Source of the DNA: Felis catus
Lineage: Eukaryota
Assembly (NCBI RefSeq): GCF_018350175.1
Contig: NC_058383.1
Coordinates: 4,962,001-5,026,000 of the forward strand
Direction of reading: 5' to 3'
DNA: 64,000 nt
Shown: piece after piece, positions 1 to 14,430 of the stretch
How the letters are laid out: every line of letters starts with the position of its first letter
How positions within the stretch are numbered: position 1 is the first letter of the stretch
Notes under the pieces: generated by a model
Told to the model about the DNA's origin: nothing
Database searches by the model: none
The model's input: only the letters and a program-made list of their open reading frames with translations
Made by a program: the position numbers and the translations under genes

Positions 1-979
1 ATAGCAAACACCAACCAGGATCGGGAAGGAAAGGTATGCCGGGGGCGGGGTGCCACTGGGAAAGAGCCGGGGCTCCCGGGAGAACCAGTGGTAACGGCTG
101 AAACTGAAAACTGCAACCAGCACCAAAGTCCTGTGACTTCGCCAGACCCCCACGGAGGGGAGAGGGGCTGGAGGGTGAAGCAAAGAGCCGGCGGTCGCAT
201 CAGGCACGCACGCACGCCTCTGTGACGAAGCCTCACCCAGCGGGACGGGTCCAGAGAGCTGGCGGTTTGGATCGGTGAACACGGGGAGATTTGGGGTGGG
301 GAGGGAGCTGGGAACCGCGTGGGGGCTCTGTGTTCTCCCCCACACCCGGCCCTACGCATCCCTCTTTGCTAAGCAACTGGTGATAAAAACTGGTAGGTAA
401 AAAGCTACATCACTTAGCCGTGTGGAGATAAAATGAAGGTTAAAAGAACTCAAACTGGTTGCCTTGGGGGAGGGTGTGATGGGAGACAGCGGTTTTTGTA
501 GCAAACCTTCAGAACTACATGGTCTTGAAACTGCCTTTTAAAAACATCTTTAAAAAATACTCAAAAATAAAGCAATCTTCAGAATAATATAAAGGATTTA
601 GAAAATGGATTCTGACATTACCTGTTCATTGAAGTACAGTTTCAGGCTTAAAGTCATAATCGGCCTCCTTCCCCCTTTTCGGGCTCCCAACAGCCGCCAG
701 CTTTAGCCCAGAGCTCTGGCCCCAGTTGCACGAGCACCCATGTGGACGCCCCACCCGCATCCGAAGGTCCCAAACCGAGCCTGACTCCCCACCGGTCCCT
801 GCTGACTCTTCAGCTTCTCCCCTGGAGGGGCCTCTCCCCGTCCCCCAGCATGAAAACCTGCACTGGAAATAAGTGTTTCCAAGCGCCTAGGATTTCAGGT
901 GAGGCAAACGTACACACACCCCAGGAGGTCGTTCGAGCTCTCAAGAATTCAAGTATTACAGTCATATATGATTCAAGGA

Positions 980-985
980 TTTATT
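980..985 (-). terminator. RAC1: RAC1 distal polyadenylation signal AATAAA
   Basis: TTTATT on +, about 1.5 kb past the stop, in context GACTTAATAAATCCTTGAATC that resembles the mammalian RAC1 mRNA 3' end as I recall it. Confidence 0.8.
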
Positions 986-2263
986 AAGTCACACATGCAA
1001 AACATAACTGCTAATTGCATTAGCAAAAGATCAATGTAAAAACACTCCACAAGTCTGCAACGGTCAATTTAAAAAACTTTGTTCTAGTGGTTGAAAGGTC
1101 CAACCTTGGATTCTTGCCAGCGGGTAAGTTGTACAGAACTTGGTTAGCACGAGCACGGGCTTACAGAACCTCACAGACCCAAAGGAACGTGGTTGATTAG
1201 GCAGAGCGACAGGAAGCGTGTGTCCGGGGGAAGGCGGCCAGGAGGAGGGTCAGCATTAGTCAAGGTACAGTACTGGTGATCTGGCAAGACAGTGATGTTA
1301 CGAAAGTTCATAGTTTAGGAATATCTAAAATATTTCAAAAACTGTAAAGCTGCAACACATGATTTTTACACCTAGTTACTAGAAAACTAAGGAAAGCGAT
1401 TAGCTCTGAGTAAAGTAACAAGGGAACAGGAATGCACTTTCACTAATCTACAAAAAAAAAAAGTCTAATGCATTATCAGAAAGATTTTATAATACAAGGA
1501 GGCATATTGCTCATTAAGAAGGGGTTCTATAAGAAAAGCACTAAGTCAGCAACTATGGGAACGACCAGTTCAAAGATGAATTAAATGCCCGATCTCAGGA
1601 GGGATGGAGTCTAAGAAAAAAAGCTTAAAACACTTAGTGATGATACCGACCTTTCATCATTTACTGCATCTGACAGAAATTAACCTTTTAAGATTTTACC
1701 CGTGACACTTTCAGTTTAGTAATGACGTGCACAGTGTAGTGTTTTGTCAGAATACTGTCTTCGTCCTCTGATCGCGTCCCGTGGCCCGCACACCCTCCCC
1801 AGGTGCCCACGGCCACAGCGGACCCGTTCATCACAGGGGCGGGAGCCAGAGGGCGGTTCCAAATCTCAGCAAAAGCGAATACACTACTTAAAAAAAAAAA
1901 AAAATCTCACTACAAAATCAAAAAGATCGATCAGAGAGCTGAGTCATTACGCTCGTTCCAGGAGGACACACAGCTCGGTGCTGGGGGCGGCCTGGGGCCG
2001 GGCTGCGCCAGGCGGCCAGTCTCCGGAAGGAGGCTGGGGGCTCTCCCGGCAGAGACCAGCCAGCAGGGGTCTGCGCGTCCGAACTTGAGAGGCTGGCTGC
2101 GGTCTCTTCTCAAGACAAAGGTCTTAAACGGTTTAGTGCTTAGTGTTCTCAGCACAACAATGCAATTTAGTTCACAAGGTATTTTGGCAACTCTTAATCT
2201 GAGCAAGAATAGGGGCTTCTGAAAAATAAGGCTTTAAAAAAGCTTGCCATTTTAGGGCTAAAT

Positions 2264-2269
2264 TTTAAT
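2264..2269 (-). terminator. RAC1: Candidate RAC1 proximal polyadenylation signal ATTAAA
   Basis: TTTAAT on +, about 190 nt after the stop, followed on the minus strand by U-rich sequence. RAC1 is known to make short and long 3'UTR mRNAs. Confidence 0.55.
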
Positions 2270-2458
2270 ATAATGTGAAAGTTTGAAGTCTTACACTTTA
2301 AACAAACAAAACCTAAAAATTACTGATTGGTTCAAAATGGTTTTATGGAAAAACTAATCTGTAACAAAAACTTGGCATTGAGTGCGAAGGCTCCACCATT
2401 TTTGAGCAAAGCGTACAAAGGTTCTGAGGGGGGCAGGGCAGGAGAGGGGCCCGGACAT

Positions 2459-3002
<544 letters not shown>

Positions 3003-3710
3003 CTAGATGCAAGAGAGAAGAAAGTCATGACACGTTCCCCTCCCTCATGAACTTTCTTTGCCTAAATGATACCCATCCGGGTGCCCAACTGACCCCACCA
3101 CCCCACCTTAGTCCCTCAGTGCTTTTGGCAGGAACCGCCCCCCCCCCCCTTCAATACTTTCAAGAACCACAGGCCTGCCTACCTGTGGGTGTTTGATCAG
3201 CAAACCAGGATTCCAAGACTAAAGACCCAACAGAACAGGCTCTACTTGTCAGTTGGGGGGGGGGGTAGGAAGGGAAGGTCTTCCTTCCCCAAAAAACTAC
3301 CTTTTGGTAAAATGGGTCAAGCTCTTACATGAACTCTGAGAATCCTACCTACATATATTCAACAGTGAGCATGAATTATGTGGACTGAGGTCTTAGCCCT
3401 GCCACCACTACTCTCACTGGACACATCCCTGATCACAACGAACATCCCGCACATGGCACTTTTCACTGGAAGTGTGTGAAAGACGCAGGAGAGGAAAGTC
3501 ATGGCCGCTGTTTTAGCAGATGACTCCATCAGATGGACTCGAAAGTGTTATTTTAACAAGGGATGCAGCGTTTCTGAATCAGACCCTGAACTTTAGAATT
3601 CTACATAATAAAGTCAATGATTTCAAAAATTGATCTACCTAAAGTAGAATTACAAAATCATTAAAATTTCTATCACTAAATGGTAGTTTTACCTCGCAAA
3701 GATGACACTA

Positions 3711-3809
<99 letters not shown>

Positions 3810-5275
3810 CTATAAAGAGGAAAGAGAGGCATTTAGAAATGATCTCACGATGGCGAGCGCGCTTTGCTTCGTAAACACCGTGGGGACGATTCACGAGACG
3901 AAGTGCATGTTATGCACCAGCAGTCCATGTCTAAAGCTCACTCCCTGGTTACAACCCTTCAGTTCTGTCAGAAGCTCCCAGACCAGAACCAGCACATGAA
4001 GCAGCCAGCTACTTACGAGAAGAGGGGAGAGGATTTACTAGAATGTGCTAGCATTTCCTAGAGGCTGGAGAGGCCTCCAATCAGACCCCCAGGAGGCCTC
4101 TTCCTTCACACTCCCAACTCCCATTGGCAACTTTAATGCTCTTATATACAGGGACCAAACCAGGGTCAAGGTACCACTCATTTCTGTAAAACGTGGTCTG
4201 TTTTTCAAAAGCAGAGTCGGTTTAAAAAAACATGTATAAATGGTACGCTTTTCATTAAGCTCCCCAGGTGCACATTAAGTACACTTTCAGTTGACCGCTG
4301 GGTTGCAATTAAACTGCTTTAAGAACTGCCACCGGGGTCCCCGGCACAGAGTGGGGTCCGGCTGTTCACTGAGCACCTTCCGCCGTGACGGAGGTTCCCG
4401 GGTGTAAGCGGCATCTTCCCGGCTGTCGGTTCTCAGCCCCGAGCAGGGCTCTGGAGGACTCGACGCTGGGCAGTCGTAGCCGAAATAAAGATTCAGAGGA
4501 AAAGTCCGTGCAGAATAAATACCTGGAAGAATTTCCGACTAAACGTAAAACCTCTGCCCCACTCTATTGTGTCAAGAGTCAAATTTAAATATTTAGCTGT
4601 ATTAAAAATGCCTAAGAGTTTCTAAAATGCTAGGTTTATAAATCCCTTTCTTAGAAAAAGGCAATTCTGCTACTTTGTGAAATGTATCTTCTCCCAAGCT
4701 AACACAATTCCCAAGCTAGCACTTTCAATCATCCAGCTGATCCCTTGTACCTGGAAAGGGAAAGAAACATCCCACACAACAGCTTTTTATAAATGACATT
4801 TAACAAACGCTAGCGCATGCACAGGCTCGTCGGAGAATCACCGCGGCAGGTCGGCACCGGGTTACATCATTTGGAAGCAGGGGGAGGTTAGCTCAGCCGC
4901 AGAGCCGCGCCCCAGACACCAGAGACACCAGGGGACACCAAAGCGGAGGAGGAGGCGCCCGCAGCCATGCTCAGTCCCGCTCCACGGTGGGTGGGCGTCA
5001 CGTGGAGCCTCGACGGCCTGGGAGGCCCCTCACGAAGGTCCCTCCTTCCACGCAGGAGGAGGGAAGCAAGCAGTTCACAAACCGCTTTAATTCGAGCTAG
5101 TAGGTAAACTGTCTCGCTCCACTGAAAGCGCATTTCATCAAGCAAAACCCAACCTCGAGTGAAGGGAACACAAAGCACTCAAGGAACGTGGGGCTCGAGA
5201 GGAAATCCTGGGGAACTAAGTGAAACGAGAGAACAGTAAAGCTTGAAACTGAAGTCGACTGAAAGTTTTACATAC

Positions 5276-5332
5276 GGCAATCGGCTTGTCTTTGCCCCTG
5301 GAGGTTATATCCTTACCATACGTTTCTCCAAC
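5276..5332 (-). CDS. RAC1: RAC1 alternative exon 3b (RAC1b 19-aa insert), 57 nt
   Basis: VGETYGKDITSRGKDKPIA. TAG acceptor, GTATGT donor, phase 0/0, frame-preserving. Confidence 0.97.
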
Positions 5333-8300
5333 CTAGTAATGCATGAGAACTGTGTTTGAGTTTAGTAAAAACTGAGGAAAGTAAAAGTCAACACAATCCA
5401 TTATTTCTTCTTCATCAGAATTCTGTCTCAACCCTCCCAAAGGATCCAAAAGCAGAGGACTATCTAGCATCTGTGACGCCAAACCCCACCGAAACTCCAT
5501 CACACCTGTGAAGGCCATGATGAAGACAGAGGTCAGGCACACTCTGGCGGGAGGGAGGGGGGCTACCCACAGGAGCACACAGAAGGTTCCTGTTCCGGCA
5601 GCAGCGCCACCATGCCTGATGACACAAATGCCCGCCCGCCCGAGGAAGCGCACGGGCTCTGTCCACTCAGGAAACGTGCAGAAAGCGTGCGTTCCTCCTT
5701 AGCAAAGGCGTGTCCGTGCGTCCATTAGCAAGAGACACACGGGTCAAAGATCTCTGTCCATGTTCCGAGACACAGGCCCAGTGGCAGCAGCCACCAACGG
5801 GAGGCGCACCTGTCCGTAGGACCGGGCCTCTGGGAGGAAAGGGCCCCAAGAAGCACTGCTGGGTCTGCGCTGTGAAAGTGACAATCCGCAAGTGCGGATT
5901 GAATTCAGGGAGCTAGAGGACCTGAGTGAACGGTGTCAATGCACTGAGACCTTGAACTGCGCCCCCCCCGCCCAAGCCCCTGCAGCTCTGGACGGGACGC
6001 CACCCAGAGGGGACGGCACCTCCAGCGGCCACCACAGGGCTTTCAATTCGCCCCTGTTGCAACAAAAATCGAAAGAAAGACTTGCTCTTCAAGCAACACA
6101 GAACCCCACACGTCTTTTAACAGATGAACAAGAGAATTATTTTAATTTCCTCTCTCTCCAGCTTCTCTGACCCACGATTCTGAGAATATTAAAGTTGCCA
6201 CTTTCATCTATGGGCTACTTTTAAAGATTTGTGCTCCCGACTCTTTATGGTGACACAGGGACCCCTGGGGATTGGCCACAAAAACGCAGCTCCAAAATAT
6301 CCTCCAACCACATCTGTTCTACCTTTTTCAATTCTTAAAACATACTTTTTGATCAAGAAACATGCTTTTCCATCCTACGTTAACATTCCACCATCTGCCC
6401 ATTCCCTTCTCCTCCTTCCCCCAGCCTAAATAAGGCTTTAAAAAGGTGTAAAGAATAATGTGGTAATTCTTCTAAAACAATAACATGGAAATCATAAAAC
6501 GTCTAGTCCTTCTGACACTTCGCTCTTCCAGGAGGGATTCACTGCAGCCTTGGCCTCCCAACCAGACACCCCGCACAGACTCCTGCTGCTCGACCTTGGC
6601 AGGTGTCTCGATGTCCACGGGGGTCCCCGGAGGCCGGAGCTCCGTGGCAGGGCCGCCTGCAGCAGGACTGGCCCAGCCTTCCTCCCAGTGTGTCCTGGAG
6701 CCTCTTTATTCTGCCCGGGCCTCCCCAGGCCACGGGCTCCCCTTCCCTCTGGCCCGGACGCTGCTCTCCTCACACCGGCAGCCGACTCCCGACCACACAG
6801 GCTCCCGCCAGGCCTTCAGTGACTGCTCCGGGTCGCAAACACCGCTCCCTCACTGGCCAGGTCCACCGCCTCCACCAGGCATGCGGAGGGCACCACAGAG
6901 AGGTTCCTGGCGGAACGGGAGGGGACTCGGGGGTGGCTGGGATCTCCCAACTCCGAACACCCTAGCGCTGCTCGTGCACGTGCGCGCTCTCTCTCCCCCT
7001 CTCATTTCCTTCTCTTCTTAAGGCCTTCTGCCCGGCTTTTACTTTCAGGCCTGGAATAGTTCTTCCTACAGACATTCTAGGAACCGGGCAAAGGACCAGG
7101 GCGCAAACAGGACAGAGCAAAGATGCTGTGTGTGTGGCACCCACGGGGAGCTGCTCAGGAGAAAGAGGACAGCCCCGAACCCCAGGAGCCAGGCTACGGC
7201 GAGTTCCCACTGAATGTGACAATCTCCCAGAGCGCCCACGTCAGACCACGCAACCATGCTGACACGAGACCAGAAGCAAAGAAACGAATAGAAGACCACT
7301 TAACAATCTTGTCTAACCACAAACACAAGGTCACCGTGCAAACTATTGAAACCCCAAACGCCCCCTCTCGCAGCCAACGAGACTGTGTGACGGTGTCTGC
7401 ACCAGTCACAGATTTGGCCCCAGAACTACCCTACTTCCTGCCAGCACCCAATCCAGAGCAAGCCCTCACCCAAATCACACACCCCGCAGTCCCCGAGGTG
7501 CAGGTCTCGTTTGGGGCACAGGAACAAACCCGACTTTGTTCAAACCACAGGTGTGTTCCTAGTGACCTGTGGCCGGAGGACACAGGTAGAGGCAGCCACC
7601 CGAACAAAGCAGAAAAAGCCAGGTGAAAATCCAAACGGCCAAGCCAGACACAGCCATTCTCCTTGCCTCCGCGCCACCACCCGGCACTCCCGAGCTGAGC
7701 GCACACACACCCCAGGTCCCCGCAGGCCCCCGCAGGCCCGGACACAAGAGGCCCGGCGCCTCGGGCAGCACAGGCCTCTCCGGAACCGCACGGAGCTCAG
7801 GCCTCGTGACCCCGACGAGGCACACAGGTTCCCACTCACACCACGTCCTGGACAGAAAGGCAAATGCAGCTGACTCGACACGACGCACGATGCTGGGCCC
7901 AAGCACTACACGGGTCACGCTGCCACGGTGACAAATCAACTCAAGACACACACAAAGAACGTGCAGGAGAGCAGGCTCCACGTCGGGCCTACTTCAAATG
8001 CAGGGCTCAAACTCCCAACCGTGAGATCAAGGCCTAAGCTGAGATCATGAGCCCAACATTTATCCCACCAAACCATCATGAGCCCCTATTACGGCACATT
8101 TTTAAAAAGAGAATATAAAGATAACTTACTAAAGGACAGGAAAGCCCTAAGGATTACTTAATTTAGAAAAATAAAACTTTCGAGGGCAATCTCTACTGAA
8201 CAGGACTACCTGCTCGCCATCTTCTGGAGAACGCAGAAACGAATGCCTTAAACAGACCTAACTTCGCCACCCAAGCTGCCCAACAGAGGACAGCAGCATT

Positions 8301-10146
8301 AAATGCCCACAGGAAACATGACATCTATTTTGGGGGGGTCGCCAAACCCTAAGGGTGACATGTGGATACAAAATCGTCTACCGGCCCTTCAGGGGAGGTC
8401 TGAGCACCGTCACGGACAAGCCACATAAACAGGCCTTGTAGAGCCAACAACCAGAGACCACGTTCCAGTCAGTACAAAGTTCAGAGGCACCCCCGCTGCC
8501 AAGGTGCCAGCCGGCAGCCACCGGGCCTGCTCCCCCTGCAGGGACAGTGTGGCCCAAAGGAAGGAGACCTTCCAGGCACCAATCTCCACATTTGGGGCCG
8601 CCCCTCCGGGAGCCAATGAAACGTCCTCATCCGCAGGAGGCCAGCGGGCGCATCTTTAACTGCTACACAGCCGCTCTCCTCTCTGCTCAAAGTGCCCAGG
8701 ACACCCGTCTGCTGGCGCGTGATGTGTCACACAGCACGTGTGAGCCATCTGAGGGCTAGAGTCGTGCCTCACCCCCTTAGCCGTTCAAGTGTCTGGCAGG
8801 AAAAGAGGAAAACAGAAGGGACACAGAAAGTTTAAGTCCTGCCCCAGAAGGACAACACCCTGCGGCTTGATTCAATCTGTCACTTTACCTGCGTGTGTTC
8901 TGGCATACAGAGCAGGGACCTTGCCAAGTCACCTTTGACTTACTGTGAGCCACTCCCTCAGAGAGAAAGGCCACACCCTGCCCGGACCCGTGAGTCACAA
9001 GAGGTGGCTCTCACTTCTCAGAAGTGACACCCCACCCTTCCAGATGGATCCAGTGGGTTAAAGACTCCTACTCTGTCAATAGGTTAGCAAATCCATTTAA
9101 AATCTGGAATTATCAAGCACCCATTGGGGACAGAAGAGTTTCCTAAACATGTTGAAGAACTCAAACCATTTGGTGATTATGAACTGATTTTCAAACCTTA
9201 ATCAGTTAATTTTTAGCTGGAGATTAACTGAGCACTCATTCAAACCTCCCATTTTATAGTTCTGGTTACAATTCAATTGAAGGACAATCAGCAAAAATCT
9301 ACAGCTCAAAGCAACTGGATTTGGCAATTCCTCCAGGAGAAAATAAATACAGAAGACAATGACTGTTGCATTCTACAAATGTACTCAAAAGTATAAAAAA
9401 AAAAACCTATCATTACTAAAAACGGAAAGTTAAATTTAAAAACAAAAGATTTGGGAAGACTAGAACTATGGTTATGTTCACCCACACTACACCCCCAAGA
9501 CGGTGACGGTCAGGTCCATCCAAGGGTTGACACCTGCCTTCTCCAGGGTGTCTCCTTGACCCTGACCCCTCTGGTCATCCGGAGTTGCTGAGAGCACGCA
9601 CAGCAACTTCTAGTCATTCGGGCCCAGCCAGCTGGGATGTGAAGAGCTCTCCAGATGTGCGTCTTCACCGCAGCAACACTGGAGTGTCTGTGACGTACCT
9701 GGACCCTTCTGTTAGCTTTATACATACTGCTCGTCTAATCCTATGTCGAGACAGGTGACAACTAGAGCCCTGAGGAAATCTGCCAGGGTCACAGAGCTGA
9801 GAAGCAAGGGCGCAGGGTGGAAACCTAAGGAGTCTGTGCTAGTGCGTATTCCTTTGGCTGGTTAGCCACTTGAGTCTCCAGAGTTATTTTCAAATACTTT
9901 TAAGACGAAGAACAAATGTGTAATGAGAGAAGCACACGATGCAAATAAGACAATTCCTAATTTAAAGAAAAGAGGCCTCTAAGCATATTTCCACCAACTC
10001 TCATTAGCTTTTGGTACACGGATCATTTAATCATCTGAAATGGAAGCAAAACAATCTAGAAGTTTTTCTGACTGGACGCTGTGGACATAATTTTACAAAA
10101 CCGAAACCTGATTCTGCACTGAGAAGATGTAAGTGCTAAAGCCAAA

Positions 10147-10930
10147 GGGTGGCTCAGACGGTTAAGCGTCTGACTTCGGCTCAGATTGTGATCTCATGGT
10201 TCATGAGTTCGAGCCCTGTATGTGGCTCTGTCGGCACAGAACCTGCTTCAAATCCTTGGTCTCCCTTCTCTCTCTGCCCTTGCATCTGCTGCCCCCCACC
10301 CATGCTCGCAAAAATAAACATTAAAATAAATGATAATAATAAAGCATTAGAAAAAGGAGCATGAGTAACATAGAAAAACAATATCTGGCTGGCTCAGTCG
10401 GTGGAACCTAGGCTCTTGATCTCAGATTCGTGAGCATGGAGCCCAATTAAAATTAAAAAAATAAAAAGAAAGAAAAAATAATATTAAACCCAAAAGACAA
10501 GTCACTAACTTGATTTTCAAAAACCTTAATCCTAACAGGGCACCTGGGTGGTTCAGTCAGTTAAGCATCCGACTCTTGATTTTGGCTCAGGTCATGATCT
10601 CCCAGTTCAGGAGGTCGAGCCCCTCACTGGGCTCTGCGCTGAGGGAGCAGACCCTGCTTGGAATTCTCTCTGCCTCTCCCCTGTACACACTCTCACTCTC
10701 AAAATAAATAAATATTTAAAGGGTGGGGGGGGGGGTGCCTGGGTGGCTCAGTCGGTTAAGAGTCTGACTTTGGCTCAGGTCATGATCTCATGGTTCATGA
10801 GTTCAAGCCCCGCATCAGGCTCTGTTGCTGACAGCTCAGAGCCTGGAGCCTGCTTTGGATTCTGTGTCTCCCTCTCTCTATGCCCCTCCCCTGCTCACAC
10901 TCTAGCTCTCAAAAAATAAACATTAAAAAA
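10147..10930 (+). mobile_element. Cluster of four tandem Can-SINEs in RAC1 intron 3
   Basis: Repeated GGGTGGCTCAGTCGGTTAAG...GGTCATGATCTC tRNA-derived heads, (CT)n tracts and AATAAA/A tails. Confidence 0.9.
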
Positions 10931-11119
10931 ATTCTAATAAATACATATATAAATAAATTGCAACAATGGAAGCATGTAAACTGCACAGCACCATATTCTA
11001 TACCAGGTTAAGACCAGAGAAATGAGAACAAGCCAACTCTGGGTTGGCATGTAGGGGACACATGCTACTGAACTAACATGAGCTTGCTACTAACTCAGGA
11101 TGCCCCAAAGATGGCGATA

Positions 11120-11412
11120 CAGCACACCCCTGAACAACACGGGGGGTGCTAGGGGGAAGCGTAAGGGGTGCTGACCCCCCCATGCAATCAAAAGTTCCCC
11201 AAAATTTAATGGCCTGCTACTGACTGGAAGCCTTACCAGTAACATCAACAGTCATATGTTAAGTGCATTAGGTACTGCGTTCTTACACTAAAGTAAGCCA
11301 GAGAAAAAATTTCCCTCAGATCTGGAGGAAGAAACATACTCACTGAAATGTACCGACAGGCCTAGTCTAAGCGGACATGTGGAGTTCAAATGTGTTGTTC
11401 ACGGGCCAACTG
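11120..11412 (-). mobile_element. Tigger2-derived (Tigger2a/MER28-like) non-autonomous DNA transposon
   Basis: Degenerate terminal inverted repeats CAGCACACCCCTGAACAACAC ... GTGTTGTTCACGGGCCAACTG, with TA on the left flank. Confidence 0.7.
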
Positions 11413-11479
11413 TGCAAGCAAACCCACAGGTGATGTGCAATTTCATATTCAGAAATCATATATTCTAAAGGACACATTA

Positions 11480-11647
<168 letters not shown>

Positions 11648-12559
11648 TTAGCCATGGAGCATTGGGCACAGATCAGGGACTCGAGTGACTGTCCCAGCGA
11701 GGGCCCCAGAGGAGATGCACCAAGGCCAGGTGCAGTCTGGGGGTTGCCGGGCCAGGGGGCGGAGCTAATGTTGGAGGGAAACTGGGAGGAGTGTAAGGAA
11801 AACAAACCAACACCTGGAGAAACTCGCCCAAGAAACAAAGGACAAGCTCCTCAATGTACCCGAAACAAAGCAGTGGCAGCAACAGGAACCTCTGCCTCTT
11901 CAACAGGACATTAAGATTCTTCTGCCCCAGAGAAACCGAGTATAAAATCAGTCCCTCTCTTTCAAATCCCACTTGCTGAGATTTTTCACATCCACATGTG
12001 GCTCATCTTCAGCAAGGTGGCGCGGCACGGAGCCACCGCACTGAGTCAGGGCGACAATTAGTCAGGTCGTGGTCATCCAGCCAGGCCTGCGACCCAAGCG
12101 CGAAGGGAACACGAAATGAACCTGATGTGAGAGGCTGTGGTGGACCGTTTCAGAGTGAGTGTACTGGGTTACATGCATACCAAGTCACCCCAGTGATTAC
12201 TTAACGATAAGCAGAGGCCCAGGAAAGCCTGGCTGACAGGCAGAAAGGTGGACTTGCACAAAACCAAAGCAAACCACAAGTACCACCAAGTACTTCATTA
12301 AAAAGAAAACCTGGCATTGCCATTCAAACCAGGGCAAGTACCAAACAGGACCCAATACAGCAGCCTGTAAGATACAATTTTGGAAGCCACCTTCACACAC
12401 TCTCGACACTGAAACTGAGGGACTTCCTGAACTGCGACGGCAAAGCCGAAGTCTGAGTAAGGCTCCGATGTGGCTTAACGAACGTTAACGACCACACTAG
12501 CTCCCATGAAGACAAGGTCTGGGGTATCGTAATTCTGCTTCTGTGAGAAAAGGACAGAT

Positions 12560-13560
12560 TATTCAAATGAACAAGATCGTGACTTTTTTATCTGGGAAGA
12601 AGAATCACGTGCCCGCCTCCTATTGTACCAAAAAATAAATTCTAAATGAATTAAAGATTAAAGCGTTAGCCACAAAAATCTAGAAAACATACTTTTGCAT
12701 CACTGAAGTAGGAATGGTCTTCCTAAGCAGGACATAAAACTCCATGCAGGTAGAATGGCATATTTACATAAACACATCAAACTTCTTAGGGCGCCTGGGG
12801 GGCTTAGTCTGTTGAGCGTCCGACTTTGGTTCAGGTCATGATCTCACAGTTCACGGGTTCAAGTCCTGCATCGGGCTCTGTGCTACCAGTGCGGAGCCTG
12901 CTTCGGATCCTCTGTCCCTCCCGCTCTCTCTGCCCCTCCCCTGCTCATGCTTGTTCTCGAAAATAAATACTAAAAAAAAATTTTTAAACAAAAAAAAGTC
13001 AAACTTCTTTATGGCAGAAGACCTCATAATGAAGTTCAAAGAGACAGAGGGCAAAGGAGAGACAGAGGAATTGATATTTCTTGTACACAGAAGTTCCATC
13101 AGTAAGAAAAAAATCTCAATAAAAAAATAAGCAAAGGATTTCAACAGTCCATCCACACAAGACTACAAATGGACAGTGAACATTTGAGGGATTTCAACCC
13201 CACCGGGGATCAGAAATGCAAATGAGAAAGTAACTTTTTCAACTCCTGTCACCCACAGTCCAACCAGAGGAGCCGGCTTCAGTCACAGCTGGTCCAAGTA
13301 CAGCCTTTGGGCAGCACATGGGTAGTTAACCTATCAGAAATCGAAATATCCATTCCCTCTGGATTTGGCACACCTCCACTTGTCATCATCTATCACATGT
13401 GCACAAAGACGTGTGCAATGATGTTCAACACGGCAAAAAAAAACCCAAACAAACCCCATGACCAGTGTACTGTATCAGCTACAGTAGTTCAAAGTCACCT
13501 ACAGTGATCATGATTTAGTTCTACCTACATGTGTAGATTAGGAAAGTCCCCACCATAAAA
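12560..13560 (+). mobile_element. Old L1 (L1M-type) 3' fragment interrupted by a SINEC (~12789-12985)
   Basis: Degenerate L1 ORF2 3'-end motifs (AAAATAAATTCTAAATGAATTAAAGAT, AAATGCAAAT, GCAATGATGTTC). Confidence 0.55.
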
Positions 13561-14289
13561 CCAGAACAACACGGGACAGTATGATCCCACTTCTGCAAAA
13601 CTTTGGGCAACACTGCAGCGCACATGTTGTGCTCGACAAGGTCAGCATGGGTGGGACTTGAGGTGTTTCCTCTACTAGGATGGCAGCTGTGAGGACAGAG
13701 CAGGGTGACGTGCTACACGGGGCTCCCTAGTAATCCTATCATCGGAAAAACACTTCCATCTCCACCCAATTCTGCTGCGGAGAGGGAATAAACAGCTCAG
13801 TGGCCAATTCCATCCTCCCATAACTGCCCCCAGCACCACCCTGTTTCAGTTCCACAGCCTGATAACTCAACAGTGACATGGAACCATTGGGATCACTTGC
13901 CAGAAAAGGCCAATCACAATAGAACAGACTATTTCATGTTCTGGCTCCTTGATCCTTCACACACAGATGCTCGAGTGCCAAATTTATATGAAACTCTTAC
14001 TGTATCCAGTCTTCACACTTCGGTTTGTTAACTTTGTTTCCTGAATGTCTAAAAACCAATTAGGGAAGCTGTGTGTTTCATCACAATGCAGAAACTTTAC
14101 ATCAGATTAAGTATTTTTTAAAAGCCCGATTCTCTTATTAATCAGACTTTGGTCAATGTTCACGTTTAAGTGGAAAACTAATCAGATCTGTTCATGTAAG
14201 AATTAAGAATGCCTTTACAGCAAAACAGAGGTCAAAAGAACTAAAAAAACACATCACAAGTAAATTCCTTATTTAACTCCAGATACTTA

Positions 14290-14430
<141 letters not shown>

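Larger units (their letters stand above)
960..2458 (-). other. RAC1: RAC1 3'UTR (long isoform)
   Basis: Follows the TAA stop at 2459-2461. Distal AATAAA reads as TTTATT at 980-985 on +. The exact cleavage site is not determinable. Confidence 0.8.

Noticed and set aside
1..940. Possible DAGLB 3' end (AATAAA at 566-571 on +), expected tail-to-tail with RAC1 by synteny
   Set aside because: No DAGLB coding sequence is visible, and ~380-570 resembles an old L1 3' end.
6485..7981. Overlapping 100-180 aa ORFs in RAC1 intron 3
   Set aside because: GC-rich intron with no recognisable domain and ORFs in all frames.
9202..9231. Short inverted repeat TCAGTTAAT...ATTAACTGA
   Set aside because: A 9-bp AT-rich stem, too short to support an ncRNA call.
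12008..12026. CTCF-like CAGCAAGGTGGCGC (also CCACTAGTGGGGG near 15138)
   Set aside because: Imperfect core matches that are expected by chance without binding data.
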